Shown piece after piece: positions 19,417 to 28,529 of a DNA stretch of 64,000 bases. The position numbers and the translations under genes were made by a program. Source of the DNA: Clostridia bacterium (GTDB lineage Bacteria > Bacillota > Clostridia > Christensenellales > UBA1242); NCBI GenBank assembly GCA_900767715.1, contig CAAGAD010000009.1:5919-69918 (forward strand). Direction: 5' to 3'. Below the pieces are notes generated by a model that saw only the letters and a program-made list of their open reading frames with translations, was not told where the DNA came from and made no database searches. Positions within the stretch are counted from its first letter, which is position 1, and each line of letters opens with the position of its first letter.

Positions 19417-20726
19417 TGTTTAAGACGCTAGTAGAGGCCTTTAAGGTCAAAGAGGTTAGAAAAAAACTACTCTTTACCCTATTATTATTGTTGATTTACC
19501 GCGTAGGTTGTTATCTTCCTGTGCCTGGTATCAGCACATCAGTCCTAAAAGATGGTGTTAGCGATAACACATTCTTGGGTCTATTGAACAGCCTAAGCGG
19601 TGGTGCGCTCTCGATGGGTGCATTCCTAGCATTAGGTATCTCGCCTTATATTACGTCTAGCATTATTGTTCAGTTGCTTGCTGTCGCTATTCCTAGTTTG
19701 GAAAGATTATCAAAGGACGGCGAAAACGGCAAACGCAAAATCTCATTAATCACCAAAATAGTTGCACTCGTTTTGGCAGTGGCTCAGGCTACCGGTACTG
19801 TTATCGGTTTGGGCGCTGCTGACAGTGTTACAGGCATTCTCGCTGGTGCGCCAGTTTGGCTCACTTACACCTTCGTCATTTTGATGTTGGTTTGCGGTTC
19901 AATGCTAACTGTTTGGCTTGGAGAAAAGATAACCAGCATTGGCATTGGTAATGGCGTTTCATTACTAATCTTCGTTGGTTTGTTGTCTTCGGCTTGCACG
20001 GCTTTAATGAGCACATTCAAAGATATTTTCAGTGCGGACAAGGCTACTAGCACAACAGCCATCTGGCAGTTGGTATTGTTCCTTGTTGCGTTGCTAATAA
20101 TTTTCGCTGCCATTGTATTCGTCGATGGTGCAGAAAGAAAAGTTAATGTTTCTTATGCGAAGCAAATGAAGGGTAGAAAAATGTATGGCGGTTCGTCAAG
20201 TTGCATTCCTATCCGTGTTAACGCTAACGGCGTTATGCCTATCATCTTCGCAAGTTCAATTCTTACCTTCCCACAAGTTTTGTTCAGCATTTTCTGGCCA
20301 AGCAAAACTACTGGCTTTATCGGCTGGTGGTCAAAATGGCTAGGTGCGGGCAGTTGGGTGTATAGCATCGTACTTGCAGTATTGATTTTGTTCTTCTCAT
20401 TCTTCTATAATATGATTAGTTTCAATACTGATGATATCGCAAAACAGATTCAACAGAACGGTGGATTTATTCAGGGTATTCGTCCTGGTAAACCTACTAG
20501 TCAATATTTATCAAATATCTCAAAGAAGATTACACTATTCGGTGCAATATTCTTGGCATTGGTAGCACTCGTTCCAACCTTGATTTTCAAAGGTATTGGC
20601 ACATCAGGTTTGGTCAACGCATTCAGCGCGACTGGACTATTGATTGTGGTAAGTGTTGCATTGGAATTCAATAAATCATTGGAAGCACAACTTTTGATGA
20701 GAAATTATCGTGGATTCTTGAAATAG
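19416..20726 (+). CDS. secY: Preprotein translocase subunit SecY
   Basis: 436 aa, polytopic. GALSMGAFLALGISPYITSSIIVQLL plug/TM2 signature. Sits between rplO and adk. Confidence 0.97.
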   Translation: MFKTLVEAFKVKEVRKKLLFTLLLLLIYRVGCYLPVPGISTSVLKDGVSDNTFLGLLNSLSGGALSMGAFLALGISPYITSSIIVQLLAVAIPSLERLSKDGENGKRKISLITKIVALVLAVAQATGTVIGLGAADSVTGILAGAPVWLTYTFVILMLVCGSMLTVWLGEKITSIGIGNGVSLLIFVGLLSSACTALMSTFKDIFSADKATSTTAIWQLVLFLVALLIIFAAIVFVDGAERKVNVSYAKQMKGRKMYGGSSSCIPIRVNANGVMPIIFASSILTFPQVLFSIFWPSKTTGFIGWWSKWLGAGSWVYSIVLAVLILFFSFFYNMISFNTDDIAKQIQQNGGFIQGIRPGKPTSQYLSNISKKITLFGAIFLALVALVPTLIFKGIGTSGLVNAFSATGLLIVVSVALEFNKSLEAQLLMRNYRGFLK

Positions 20727-20734
20727 GAGTTTAA

Positions 20735-21358
20735 ATGAAGATTGTTTTATTAGGCGCACAAGGTTGTGGCAAAGGCACACAAGCAAAACTTATATGCAAA
20801 AAATATAACATTCCTCAAATCTCTACCGGAGATATGTTGAGAAGTTATGCTAGTCAAGATAGTGATTTTGGTCGCAAGATAAAAGCCACTATTGACGCTG
20901 GTAAACTTGTGAGTGATGAAATCATTTTGGCTATGCTAAAAGATAGAATCGCTCAAAAGGATTGTGAAAATGGCTTTATCTTGGACGGCGTTCCTAGAAC
21001 GCTTTCCCAAGCCGAAGCGATTGCGCAATTCGTTGATGTAGATAAGGCTGTATTGATTGACGTTGACCCAGACAAGTTGGTTAGAAGACTTACCGGACGT
21101 CTTACGTGCAAGCAATGCGGTAACATAAGCCACATCGATTGGTCGAAAGGAAACAACTGCGAGAAGTGCGGTGGTGATTACACCGTTCGCGCCGATGATG
21201 CAGACGAGAACGCAATTCGCGCCCGACTTTCCACTTATCACGAGAAAACTAAGCCAGTGGTAGAATACTATCGCGCGCTCGGCAAACTTCAAGTGATTGA
21301 CGGCTCAAGAGATGTAAACGACGTGTTCGAAAATGTAGTAGAGGCTTTAAACAAATAA
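20735..21358 (+). CDS. adk: Adenylate kinase (Zn-lid type)
   Basis: LLGAQGCGKGTQA P-loop, ILDGVPRT, and lid CKQCGN...CEKCGG. Confidence 0.97.
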   Translation: MKIVLLGAQGCGKGTQAKLICKKYNIPQISTGDMLRSYASQDSDFGRKIKATIDAGKLVSDEIILAMLKDRIAQKDCENGFILDGVPRTLSQAEAIAQFVDVDKAVLIDVDPDKLVRRLTGRLTCKQCGNISHIDWSKGNNCEKCGGDYTVRADDADENAIRARLSTYHEKTKPVVEYYRALGKLQVIDGSRDVNDVFENVVEALNK

Positions 21359-22104
21359 TGAGTATCATTATCAAAACAGATAAAGAACTGGAACTAATAC
21401 GCGTCGCTGGTAAAATCACTGGCGACGTGCTAAAAGTTTTGGAAAAAGAAATTTATGTCGGTCAAACGACAAACCGCCTTAACGAAATTGCTATTGATTA
21501 CATACGTTCGCAGGGTGGCGAGCCTAGTTGTCTAGGCTACGAAGGATTTCCGTTTGCAATTTGTGCATCAAAAAACGATGCAGTTGTGCACGGATTTTGT
21601 GATGACGAACCATTGAAAGATGGCGACATCATAACTATTGACGTCTGCGCCAATTATAAGGGTTACAATGGTGACGCAAGCAGAACTTTTGCTGTGGGCA
21701 ATATCAGTCCGGAAGCAAAAAGACTGATTGAAATCACTGAAAAATCTTTTTGGGTTGGCATAGAAGGAATTAAGGACGGAAGCAAACTTGGTCATATCAG
21801 TGCCCGCATTCAGCAATTCGTGGAAGAAAATGGTTATTCCATTGTTCGCGAAATGGCTGGTCACGGCATAGGCAAAGATTTGCACGAAGACCCAATAATT
21901 CCAAACTACGGCAGATATAATGCGGGTCCAATTTTGCGTAAAAATATGGTTATCGCCGTTGAGCCTATGGTTAATATGGGACAAAGGCAGGTCTATTTGG
22001 ACGATAATGGCTGGACTATTCGCACAAAAGATGGCAAATATGCTGCTCATTACGAAAATACCTTAATAATATGCGAAAATGGTGTTGAAATAATTACAAT
22101 TTAG
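21358..22104 (+). CDS. map: Type I methionine aminopeptidase
   Basis: DIITIDVCANYKGYNGDASRTF, GHGIGKDLHEDP, AVEPM and HYENT metal-ligand motifs. Confidence 0.96.
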   Translation: MSIIIKTDKELELIRVAGKITGDVLKVLEKEIYVGQTTNRLNEIAIDYIRSQGGEPSCLGYEGFPFAICASKNDAVVHGFCDDEPLKDGDIITIDVCANYKGYNGDASRTFAVGNISPEAKRLIEITEKSFWVGIEGIKDGSKLGHISARIQQFVEENGYSIVREMAGHGIGKDLHEDPIIPNYGRYNAGPILRKNMVIAVEPMVNMGQRQVYLDDNGWTIRTKDGKYAAHYENTLIICENGVEIITI

Positions 22105-22111
22105 GTGTATA

Positions 22112-22375
22112 ATGAAAAAGACAATTTGCATAGGCGATGCGGTGCAATCCATACAAGGCCGTGACACAGGCAAGGTTTACATAGTACTTAATGTAGACTG
22201 CGACTATGTAAGACTCGCTAATGGCTTTGATAAGCATTGTAATTCACCGAAAAAAAAGAACGTTAAACACGTTAGACTGATTAAGTCGGGCGTGCTTGAC
22301 CCACTCACTATTAAATCGGCGACTGATTTGAACGCAAAATTGCACTTTGTGGTCGCTCAAATAAAGGGGAACTAA
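22112..22375 (+). CDS. Small KOW-domain RNA-binding protein
   Basis: 87 aa, IGDAVQSIQGRDTGKVYIVLNV KOW-like motif. It occupies the map-infA slot, as in many Firmicutes. Confidence 0.6.
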   Translation: MKKTICIGDAVQSIQGRDTGKVYIVLNVDCDYVRLANGFDKHCNSPKKKNVKHVRLIKSGVLDPLTIKSATDLNAKLHFVVAQIKGN

Positions 22376-22597
22376 ATGTCAAAAGAAGATGTGATTGAAA
22401 CCGAAGGCGAAATTGTCGAAGCATTGGGCAATGGTGCCTTTAAAGTCAAAATTGTAACTGGGCAAATTATTACCGCTTACATTTCTGGCAAACTTAGATT
22501 GCATTACATTAGGGTCATTGAAGGCGACAAAGTGCGCATTGAAATGAGTCCTTATGACCTCACAAAAGGTCGTATCACTTGGCGTGATAAAAACTAA
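22376..22597 (+). CDS. infA: Translation initiation factor IF-1
   Basis: 73 aa, [17 protein letters not shown]...[39 protein letters not shown]. Confidence 0.98.
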   Translation: MSKEDVIETEGEIVEALGNGAFKVKIVTGQIITAYISGKLRLHYIRVIEGDKVRIEMSPYDLTKGRITWRDKN

Positions 22598-22609
22598 AAG
22601 GAGAAAAGT

Positions 22610-22723
22610 ATGAAAGTAAGACCATCAGTTAAGAAAATGTGTCCTAAATGCAAAATAATCAAGCGTGAAGGCGTGGTTATGTGCATCTGCGAAAATCCTA
22701 AACACAAACAAAGACAAGGTTAG
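22610..22723 (+). CDS. rpmJ: 50S ribosomal protein L36 (Zn form)
   Basis: Absent from the ORF track because it is under 60 aa. Hand translation gives [37 protein letters not shown], 37 aa, with a GGAGAA RBS. Confidence 0.93.
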   Translation: MKVRPSVKKMCPKCKIIKREGVVMCICENPKHKQRQG

Positions 22724-22793
22724 GAATCAACGCTTCTGCTCGCGGCAAAATGGCAGAATCGATTTTATATAAAATTTTTAAGGAGAAATTAAA

Positions 22794-23162
22794 ATGGCTC
22801 GTATTTCCGGTGTGGATTTACCAAATGACAAGAGAGTTGAAATCGGCTTGACATACATTTATGGTATCGGCAGAGTTAAGTCAAATGAAATTTTGGCTGC
22901 TACTGGCGTTAACCCTGATACTCGTGTTAAAGATTTGTCAGAAAGCGATATTGCGGCTCTCCGTACTTACATTGATAAGAATATGACTGTTGAAGGCGAA
23001 CTTCGCAGAGATGTTTCTATGAACATCAAAAGACTAAAAGAAATTGGTTGTTATCGTGGCATTAGACACCGTAACAATCTTCCAGTACGCGGTCAACGTA
23101 CTAGAACGAATTCTCGTACACGCAAGGGTCCAAGAAAGACTATTGCTAACAAGAAGAAGTAA
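22794..23162 (+). CDS. rpsM: 30S ribosomal protein S13
   Basis: [26 protein letters not shown]...[22 protein letters not shown]. Confidence 0.98.
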   Translation: MARISGVDLPNDKRVEIGLTYIYGIGRVKSNEILAATGVNPDTRVKDLSESDIAALRTYIDKNMTVEGELRRDVSMNIKRLKEIGCYRGIRHRNNLPVRGQRTRTNSRTRKGPRKTIANKKK

Positions 23163-23175
23163 GGAGTAAAAAAGT

Positions 23176-23583
23176 ATGGCAACAACTAATATGAAAAAAG
23201 ACTCACCTAAGACCAGAAGACGTAAAGTGACTAAGAATATTGGACACGGCGCTTGCCACATTCAATGTTCTTTCAACAACACTATCGTTACTTTCACTGA
23301 TGACGCTGGCAACGCTGTTAGCGCTAGCAGTGCTGGTGCACTAGGTTTTAGAGGTTCTAAAAAGAATACTCCATTTGCTGCTCAAAGCGCAGTTGAAACT
23401 GCTGCCAAGATAGCAAAGGAAAACGGCATTAATGCTGTTGATGTTTACATCAAAGGACCAGGCAGTGGTCGTGAAGCTGCCATTCGTGCAATAGGAGCTG
23501 CTGAAATAGGCGTTACTATGATTAAAGACGTTTCACCTATCCCTCACAATGGTTGCAGACCTCCTAAGAGAAGAAGAGTATAG
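23176..23583 (+). CDS. rpsK: 30S ribosomal protein S11
   Basis: [44 protein letters not shown]...[15 protein letters not shown]. Confidence 0.98.
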   Translation: MATTNMKKDSPKTRRRKVTKNIGHGACHIQCSFNNTIVTFTDDAGNAVSASSAGALGFRGSKKNTPFAAQSAVETAAKIAKENGINAVDVYIKGPGSGREAAIRAIGAAEIGVTMIKDVSPIPHNGCRPPKRRRV

Positions 23584-23601
23584 TAAGGAGATAATTAGAT
23601 T

Positions 23602-24222
23602 ATGGCAAAATATACAGAAGCTGATTGTCGTCAATGCCGTAGATCAGGTTGCAAACTTTTCCTAAAAGGCGAAAAGTGTGTTTCTGGCAAATGTCCTTTT
23701 GACAAACGTCCAACTGTTCCTGGTCAACACGGTGCTGCTAGACATAAAATTAGTGAATATGGCTTGCAACTTGCTGAAAAGCAAAAAGTTAAGAAAGCCT
23801 ATGGTATGCAGGAACGCCAATTCCGCATATTCTACGAAAAGGCTGCCAATGCAAAGGGTTCTACTGGTGAAAACCTTTTGAGAATGTTGGAATGCAGACT
23901 CGATAACGTCGTTTATCGTATGGGACTTGGTTCTTCAAGAGCAGAAAGCCGTCAAAACGTTAACCACAGACATATCGCAGTTAATGGTAAGACTGTAAAC
24001 ATTCCTTCTTACCAAGTTAAAGTTGGTGATGTGATTTCTGTTAGAGAAAACAAGCAAGACCTTGAACAATACAAAGCATTGAAGGGTGTTAAACTTGTTA
24101 CTCCAAAATGGATTGAGTACGATAGCAATAAATTGACAGGTAAAATCATTGCATTGCCTTTGCGTGATGACATTGATATGAATATTCAAGAACACTTGAT
24201 TGTCGAATTGTATAGTAGATAA
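23602..24222 (+). CDS. rpsD: 30S ribosomal protein S4 (Cys-cluster form)
   Basis: CRQCRRSGCKLFLKGEKC, YGLQLAEKQKVKKAYG, and an S4 RNA-binding domain (LDNVVYRMGLGSSRAESRQNVNHRHIAVNG). Confidence 0.97.
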   Translation: MAKYTEADCRQCRRSGCKLFLKGEKCVSGKCPFDKRPTVPGQHGAARHKISEYGLQLAEKQKVKKAYGMQERQFRIFYEKAANAKGSTGENLLRMLECRLDNVVYRMGLGSSRAESRQNVNHRHIAVNGKTVNIPSYQVKVGDVISVRENKQDLEQYKALKGVKLVTPKWIEYDSNKLTGKIIALPLRDDIDMNIQEHLIVELYSR

Positions 24223-24238
24223 TAGGAGGGGACTATTT

Positions 24239-25189
24239 ATGATGGAAATCGAGAAACCAAGAATCAGTTTTGTAGAAAGAGACAACGGCGCAAAGGCTAC
24301 CATTACTGTTGAACCTTTGGAAAAAGGCTTCGGCATTACTATTGGTAATAGTTTGCGTAGAGTGCTACTTTCTAGCCTTCCTGGCACTGCTGTTCGTGGC
24401 ATCAAAATAAAAAATGTATTGCACGAATTCTCGGCTATTCATGGCGTAACAGAAGATGTTACTGATATAGTCTTGAATCTTAAATCTTTGGCTTTAAGGT
24501 CATCAAATGACAGCGCTAATTTCTGCACAACTCTCCGTTTGCACAAATATGGCCCTTGCGAAGTCTATGCAAGAGATATTGAACCAAACGACCAAGTAGA
24601 TGTATTGAACCCAGATTTGTACATCTGCACTTTGGAAGAAAAAGCAGAAATTGATATGCAGTTGTTTGTTGGCAACGGCAGAGGTTATGTTCCAAGCCCT
24701 GAAAACAAGGACTTTGTGAATGAAGTGGATTACATTCCTATCGATTCAATTTTCTCTCCTGTAAAGAAAGTGAATTATGACGTCCAAACTGCCCGTGTGG
24801 GTCAAAGAATGGACTTTGATAAATTGGTTATTGATGTGGAAACCAACGGTACTGCTACCGTTAAGGAAATTATCGCATTGAGCGCCAAACTCATCAATGA
24901 CTATATGTCATTGTTCATTGAGCAAGTTGAAAATATGGCTGGTTGCAAGATTTTGGTTGACCGTAAGGAAGACGAACAATCTCGTTTGTTCGAAAAGCCT
25001 ATCGAAGACCTTGAATTGAGCGTTCGCAGTTACAACTGCTTGAAACGTGCAGGCATCAACACGATTGGTGAACTTTTGAAAAAATCTCGTAGCGAGATGG
25101 CAAAAGTTCGTAATATGGGTGCAAAATCATTAGAAGAAGTTATCAATAAAATTGAATCTCTTGGATTCAACGTTACTGATAATGAGTAA
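24239..25189 (+). CDS. rpoA: DNA-directed RNA polymerase subunit alpha
   Basis: GFGITIGNSLRRVLLSSLPGTAV, and a C-terminal domain IEDLELSVRSYNCLKRAGINTIGELL. GGAGG RBS before the ATG at 24239 (24242 also possible). Confidence 0.97.
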   Translation: MMEIEKPRISFVERDNGAKATITVEPLEKGFGITIGNSLRRVLLSSLPGTAVRGIKIKNVLHEFSAIHGVTEDVTDIVLNLKSLALRSSNDSANFCTTLRLHKYGPCEVYARDIEPNDQVDVLNPDLYICTLEEKAEIDMQLFVGNGRGYVPSPENKDFVNEVDYIPIDSIFSPVKKVNYDVQTARVGQRMDFDKLVIDVETNGTATVKEIIALSAKLINDYMSLFIEQVENMAGCKILVDRKEDEQSRLFEKPIEDLELSVRSYNCLKRAGINTIGELLKKSRSEMAKVRNMGAKSLEEVINKIESLGFNVTDNE

Positions 25190-25199
25190 GGAGTAATTT

Positions 25200-25712
25200 A
25201 TGGCACAAATTAAGAGATTGGGTCGTCCTAGCAAAGAACGTAACGCAATCACTCGTAACCAAGCGACTGATTTGTTGTGGTTGGGTAAAATCACTACTAC
25301 TGTTGCAAAGGCTAAGGCACTTCGCTCATACGCAGAAAAGATTTTAACTTTGGCTATCAATAGTTACGAAGATACAGTTAAGACTCAAAAGACAGTCGTT
25401 GACGAAAAGGGCAACAAGGTTGTTACTGACGTTATCAACGACGGTCCAAAGAAGTTGGCTGCTCGTCGTCAAATTATGTCAAAACTTTATACTGTTAAAG
25501 AAAAGCGCTTAAAGGGTGAGACTAAGGAAGCATTTATCGCTCGTACTGAAAAGATTAAGAATCCTTTGATTGAAAAAATCTTCAACGTTTATGCTCCTAA
25601 GTATGCAACTCGTGCTAAGGAACTTGGTCAAGGTGGCGGTTACACTCGTATCGTTAAACTTGGTCTTCGCAAAGGCGACGCTGCCGAAATGGCAATCATC
25701 GAATTAGTATAA
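25200..25712 (+). CDS. rplQ: 50S ribosomal protein L17 (with an internal insertion, 170 aa)
   Basis: LGRPSKERNAITRNQATDLL...GGGYTRIVKLGLRKGDAAEMAIIELV. The N- and C-terminal L17 blocks are separated by a ~50-aa insert. Confidence 0.95.
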   Translation: MAQIKRLGRPSKERNAITRNQATDLLWLGKITTTVAKAKALRSYAEKILTLAINSYEDTVKTQKTVVDEKGNKVVTDVINDGPKKLAARRQIMSKLYTVKEKRLKGETKEAFIARTEKIKNPLIEKIFNVYAPKYATRAKELGQGGGYTRIVKLGLRKGDAAEMAIIELV

Positions 25713-25713
25713 T

Positions 25714-25741
25714 TAAAAAAACACCACACGGTGTTTTTTTG
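25714..25741. terminator. Bidirectional terminator at the end of the alpha operon
   Basis: aaaaaaACACC-acac-GGTGTttttttt, between convergent rplQ and the HNH gene. Confidence 0.75.
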
Positions 25742-25760
25742 TTGTCACATTTAATTTGTA

Positions 25761-26579
25761 TTAGTAGTTATTTGACTTGTTTTTATTACATCTTCTACAG
25801 AGCGTTTGAAGATTATTAAATTCACTTTTTCCACCTTTTGAAATTGGCTTTATGTGGTCTATTTCCAAAATGTCATCATTCTCGTCGCGACCACATATTT
25901 GACATCTATATCCATCACGTTCATAAATAGCGAAGCGCATTTTGTTGGACACTTTTCCTCTTTCTATTCGACAAATTGAATTCCAAATCTCTTTGGCATT
26001 AAAGAAATCTCTATTTTTATTTTCCAATCTTTTTATTAATGTTTCAATCTGCTCAATAGAAAAACTTTCACTCTTTGAATCATAAACATATCCATTTATG
26101 TTTGAACAATACAAAGTTACATTAATTGATAGATTTGTTTTTGGGTATAATTGTAACCGGTTAAAAGATTGATATTCAATGTCTATCAGTTTATTATAGT
26201 TTAAATTTCCGTGTGATTGCGAGAACTGCCCGAATTTTTGAATTTTCGACAACTCATTTTTGTATTTAGCAAAATTATCAGCATTATATTGTACACTTTT
26301 TATGGCTTTTTTAACGTCATATTGCATAAATTGTAATTGATAAATTAAATAGTCTTCGCACGAAATGTTGTTATAATTTGCTTCGTTGTCATAGGTGTAT
26401 TTTTGGTCAAACGTCTGTATGCTGTTGCAAAAATCGTATTTGTGGTTTATCTCACTTAATCGTTTTAAACTAATACTATTGTTTTTGACAAACTCGTAAT
26501 ATTTATATCTTTGATTTTTGAAATATACGACTGCTATAATCGCTAATATACTACATATGATAGCAATAATTATGCCCAT
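25761..26579 (-). CDS. Membrane-anchored HNH endonuclease
   Basis: N-terminal TM helix MGIIIAIICSILAIIAVVYF, a ~170-aa middle domain, and a C-terminal HNH motif CQICGRDENDDILEIDHIKPISKGGKSEFNNLQTLCRRCNKNK. AT-rich gene. Confidence 0.8.
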   Translation of the reverse strand: MGIIIAIICSILAIIAVVYFKNQRYKYYEFVKNNSISLKRLSEINHKYDFCNSIQTFDQKYTYDNEANYNNISCEDYLIYQLQFMQYDVKKAIKSVQYNADNFAKYKNELSKIQKFGQFSQSHGNLNYNKLIDIEYQSFNRLQLYPKTNLSINVTLYCSNINGYVYDSKSESFSIEQIETLIKRLENKNRDFFNAKEIWNSICRIERGKVSNKMRFAIYERDGYRCQICGRDENDDILEIDHIKPISKGGKSEFNNLQTLCRRCNKNKSNNY

Positions 26580-26784
26580 ACTATCTCCTGTAACTAAATT
26601 AATTATATCATATACAGAGATATTTTGTTCGATTTTATCAACGATTTTATAAAACTAGTTGTGTTTTTGTTTGGTATTTGATATACTATACCTAGTTATG
26701 AAACTAAAATATTTATTGTGGTTCGCAATTATCGTTATCGTTGCCAGCATAATGCTAGCCTAATTTTTATTGTGTCATAATCTT

Positions 26785-26805
26785 GGAGAGATGTCTGAGT
26801 GGTCG
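26785..26805 (+). pseudogene. Orphan 21-nt copy of the 5' end of tRNA-Ser (acceptor plus D-arm start)
   Basis: GGAGAGATGTCTGAGTGGTCG is identical to nt 26972-26992 of the intact tRNA-Ser 187 nt downstream. It then diverges into a GC-rich spacer with no T-arm or 3' acceptor. Confidence 0.7.
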
Positions 26806-26971
26806 GCGTCGCAAAGAACACTCGTCGCGGTTTGCTAGACACAAATTGTGCAACTCGCTCGTTTGCTCCTTTTCCCACTTCGTGCCAGCGCTCGTGGGAG
26901 CCCTGAGTCACTTTCGACCTTCTATGGTTAATAGTGAGTCAACCTACAAGTTTAATTTATTATCTAAATAT

Positions 26972-27059
26972 GGAGAGATGTCTGAGTGGTCGAAAGTGCA
27001 CGCTTGGAAAGCGTGTGTAGTGAAAGCTACCGCAGGTTCGAATCCTGTTCTCTCCGCCA
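26972..27059 (+). tRNA. tRNA-Ser (anticodon GGA), CCA encoded
   Basis: Hand-folded. Acceptor GGAGAGA/TCTCTCC, anticodon stem CACGC/GCGTG with loop TTGGAAA, long variable arm TAGTGAAAGCTAC, T-arm CAGG-TTCGAAT-CCTG, then GCCA. Confidence 0.9.
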
Positions 27060-27194
27060 TCGTACTTAGTTTTGTTAATCAAAAAAACGTTACATTACTA
27101 GCTTGAAATTATTTTGAATAGGTAATTTGCTCAAATAGCGTTTATTTGAGTATTTGTTATGTAATCATAGAATAAATATCTGGAGAAACAAAGG

Positions 27195-28511
27195 ATGCTT
27201 TTAGATACAGTTAACAATGAACCTTATGCACTTATTATAATAGCAATTATAGTAGTAATGGTAATTGCTTGCAGTAGAGCAGTTAATAGGGATCGGGATA
27301 GTATTACCAAAACAAAAACTGACGAACAAATTTTGTCGTGGAGTAAGGCGAATATCTTTACAAAGGAAAAAGCCTCGTATGATGCCAAAATAAAATTTAA
27401 AGATTCGTCGGCAAAAACCAAAGCACATTATGCTGAGATACAAAAGTATAAGTATAAAAAAATGTTAACAATGGTAGCCTCTTTCTTTTTTGGTTTTGGG
27501 TTTATATGTTTTATTCTTTATTCTTTGTATAGTCAAAAAATCACATTATATTTTGGCATAGGTTCCTTGGTTTGCACGAGTGTCATACTTATAGTTTTTG
27601 TTTGTTTATTGTTTCGCAATATTGATAAGTTAGCATTTCAAGCAATGCAAACTGAGTTGAAAAAATTTTATGCGAGTTTAAACGATGATAAATACAAAGA
27701 TTATTGTAGACAAGTTGTGGCAAAGAGCGATATGTATAAAGCAATAATCGCGTTAAACCAAAAGTTTGTATTCGATTACAATATCTGTGCTAACGATGAA
27801 TTTGACTACGATCTCAATAGCAAAAGTAAATTGGATAATTATAATTATGATAAGGCAATTGTAGACATTATAGATGAAGATATTGATTATTATTCTTCGT
27901 TGGACTCAGTTTATAAAAAGAACATAAAAATGTACAATAAATATCTAGAAGAATATCTAAAATTGGAAAACTATGAATCTAGATCTAGCGTTGCAGATAT
28001 AACCGATATGCCTTATGAATTGTTTAACTATATTGAAAAACAATTATTTAAGCAATCGATAAAGAAAAAGATAGAAGAGCCTACAATAACCATAAATATA
28101 GAATATACGAGTCCATCAGGCAGAAATTATTATAATGATAGTCAGACATTCTCTTTAGAAGAAATTAATGGAATAATAGAACAGCGTGAAGAAGAAATCG
28201 CTGAATACGAAAGACAAGAAGAAATCAAAAGAGCCAAGAAAGAAGAACAAAAGAAAAAAGAAAAAAAATTGAGAGATCTGACCAAACTAGAAAAACAAAT
28301 TATAGAAAGAGAACGAGAAATTGCATTGAGAGAACAAGAATTTAAAAAGGCAACCCAAGGACACATTTATTCTGCTGATCAAACCGTTAGACAGGAAAAT
28401 GCGCATAGTTCCAAATCGAAATTTGATAGTTTAAATGAATTAAGACTGCAATTTGAAATGGGAAATATATCAAAAGATGAATATGACAAGTTACGTAGAG
28501 AATTATTATAA
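27195..28511 (+). CDS. Membrane protein with a domain shared with the HNH protein, a Lys/Glu coiled coil and a C-terminal SHOCT domain
   Basis: TM helices (ALIIIAIIVVMVIA; FFFGFGFICFILYSLY; LVCTSVILIVFVCLLF). The middle region is alignable to the HNH protein's middle domain. The C-terminus SKFDSLNELRLQFEMGNISKDEYDKLRRELL fits the SHOCT pattern. Confidence 0.65.
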   Translation: MLLDTVNNEPYALIIIAIIVVMVIACSRAVNRDRDSITKTKTDEQILSWSKANIFTKEKASYDAKIKFKDSSAKTKAHYAEIQKYKYKKMLTMVASFFFGFGFICFILYSLYSQKITLYFGIGSLVCTSVILIVFVCLLFRNIDKLAFQAMQTELKKFYASLNDDKYKDYCRQVVAKSDMYKAIIALNQKFVFDYNICANDEFDYDLNSKSKLDNYNYDKAIVDIIDEDIDYYSSLDSVYKKNIKMYNKYLEEYLKLENYESRSSVADITDMPYELFNYIEKQLFKQSIKKKIEEPTITINIEYTSPSGRNYYNDSQTFSLEEINGIIEQREEEIAEYERQEEIKRAKKEEQKKKEKKLRDLTKLEKQIIEREREIALREQEFKKATQGHIYSADQTVRQENAHSSKSKFDSLNELRLQFEMGNISKDEYDKLRRELL

Positions 28512-28529
28512 GGATAGATAAAAAGTTGT

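Noticed and set aside
25200-25712. The unusually long L17 (170 aa) as a possible gene fusion.
   Set aside because: The N- and C-terminal L17 blocks are intact and in one frame, and the extra ~50 aa is an internal Lys-rich insertion. This is probably lineage-specific and not evidence of a novel function.
26783-27106. 107-aa plus-strand ORF.
   Set aside because: It reads straight through the tRNA-Ser gene and its duplicated 5' fragment, so it is a spurious ORF.
28190-28330. Purine-rich gaa/aaa runs (also 29020-29110 and 44230-44520) that look like tandem DNA repeats.
   Set aside because: They are in frame and encode Lys/Glu-rich coiled-coil segments. They show no fixed repeat unit or spacer structure, so they are neither a CRISPR array nor a satellite.
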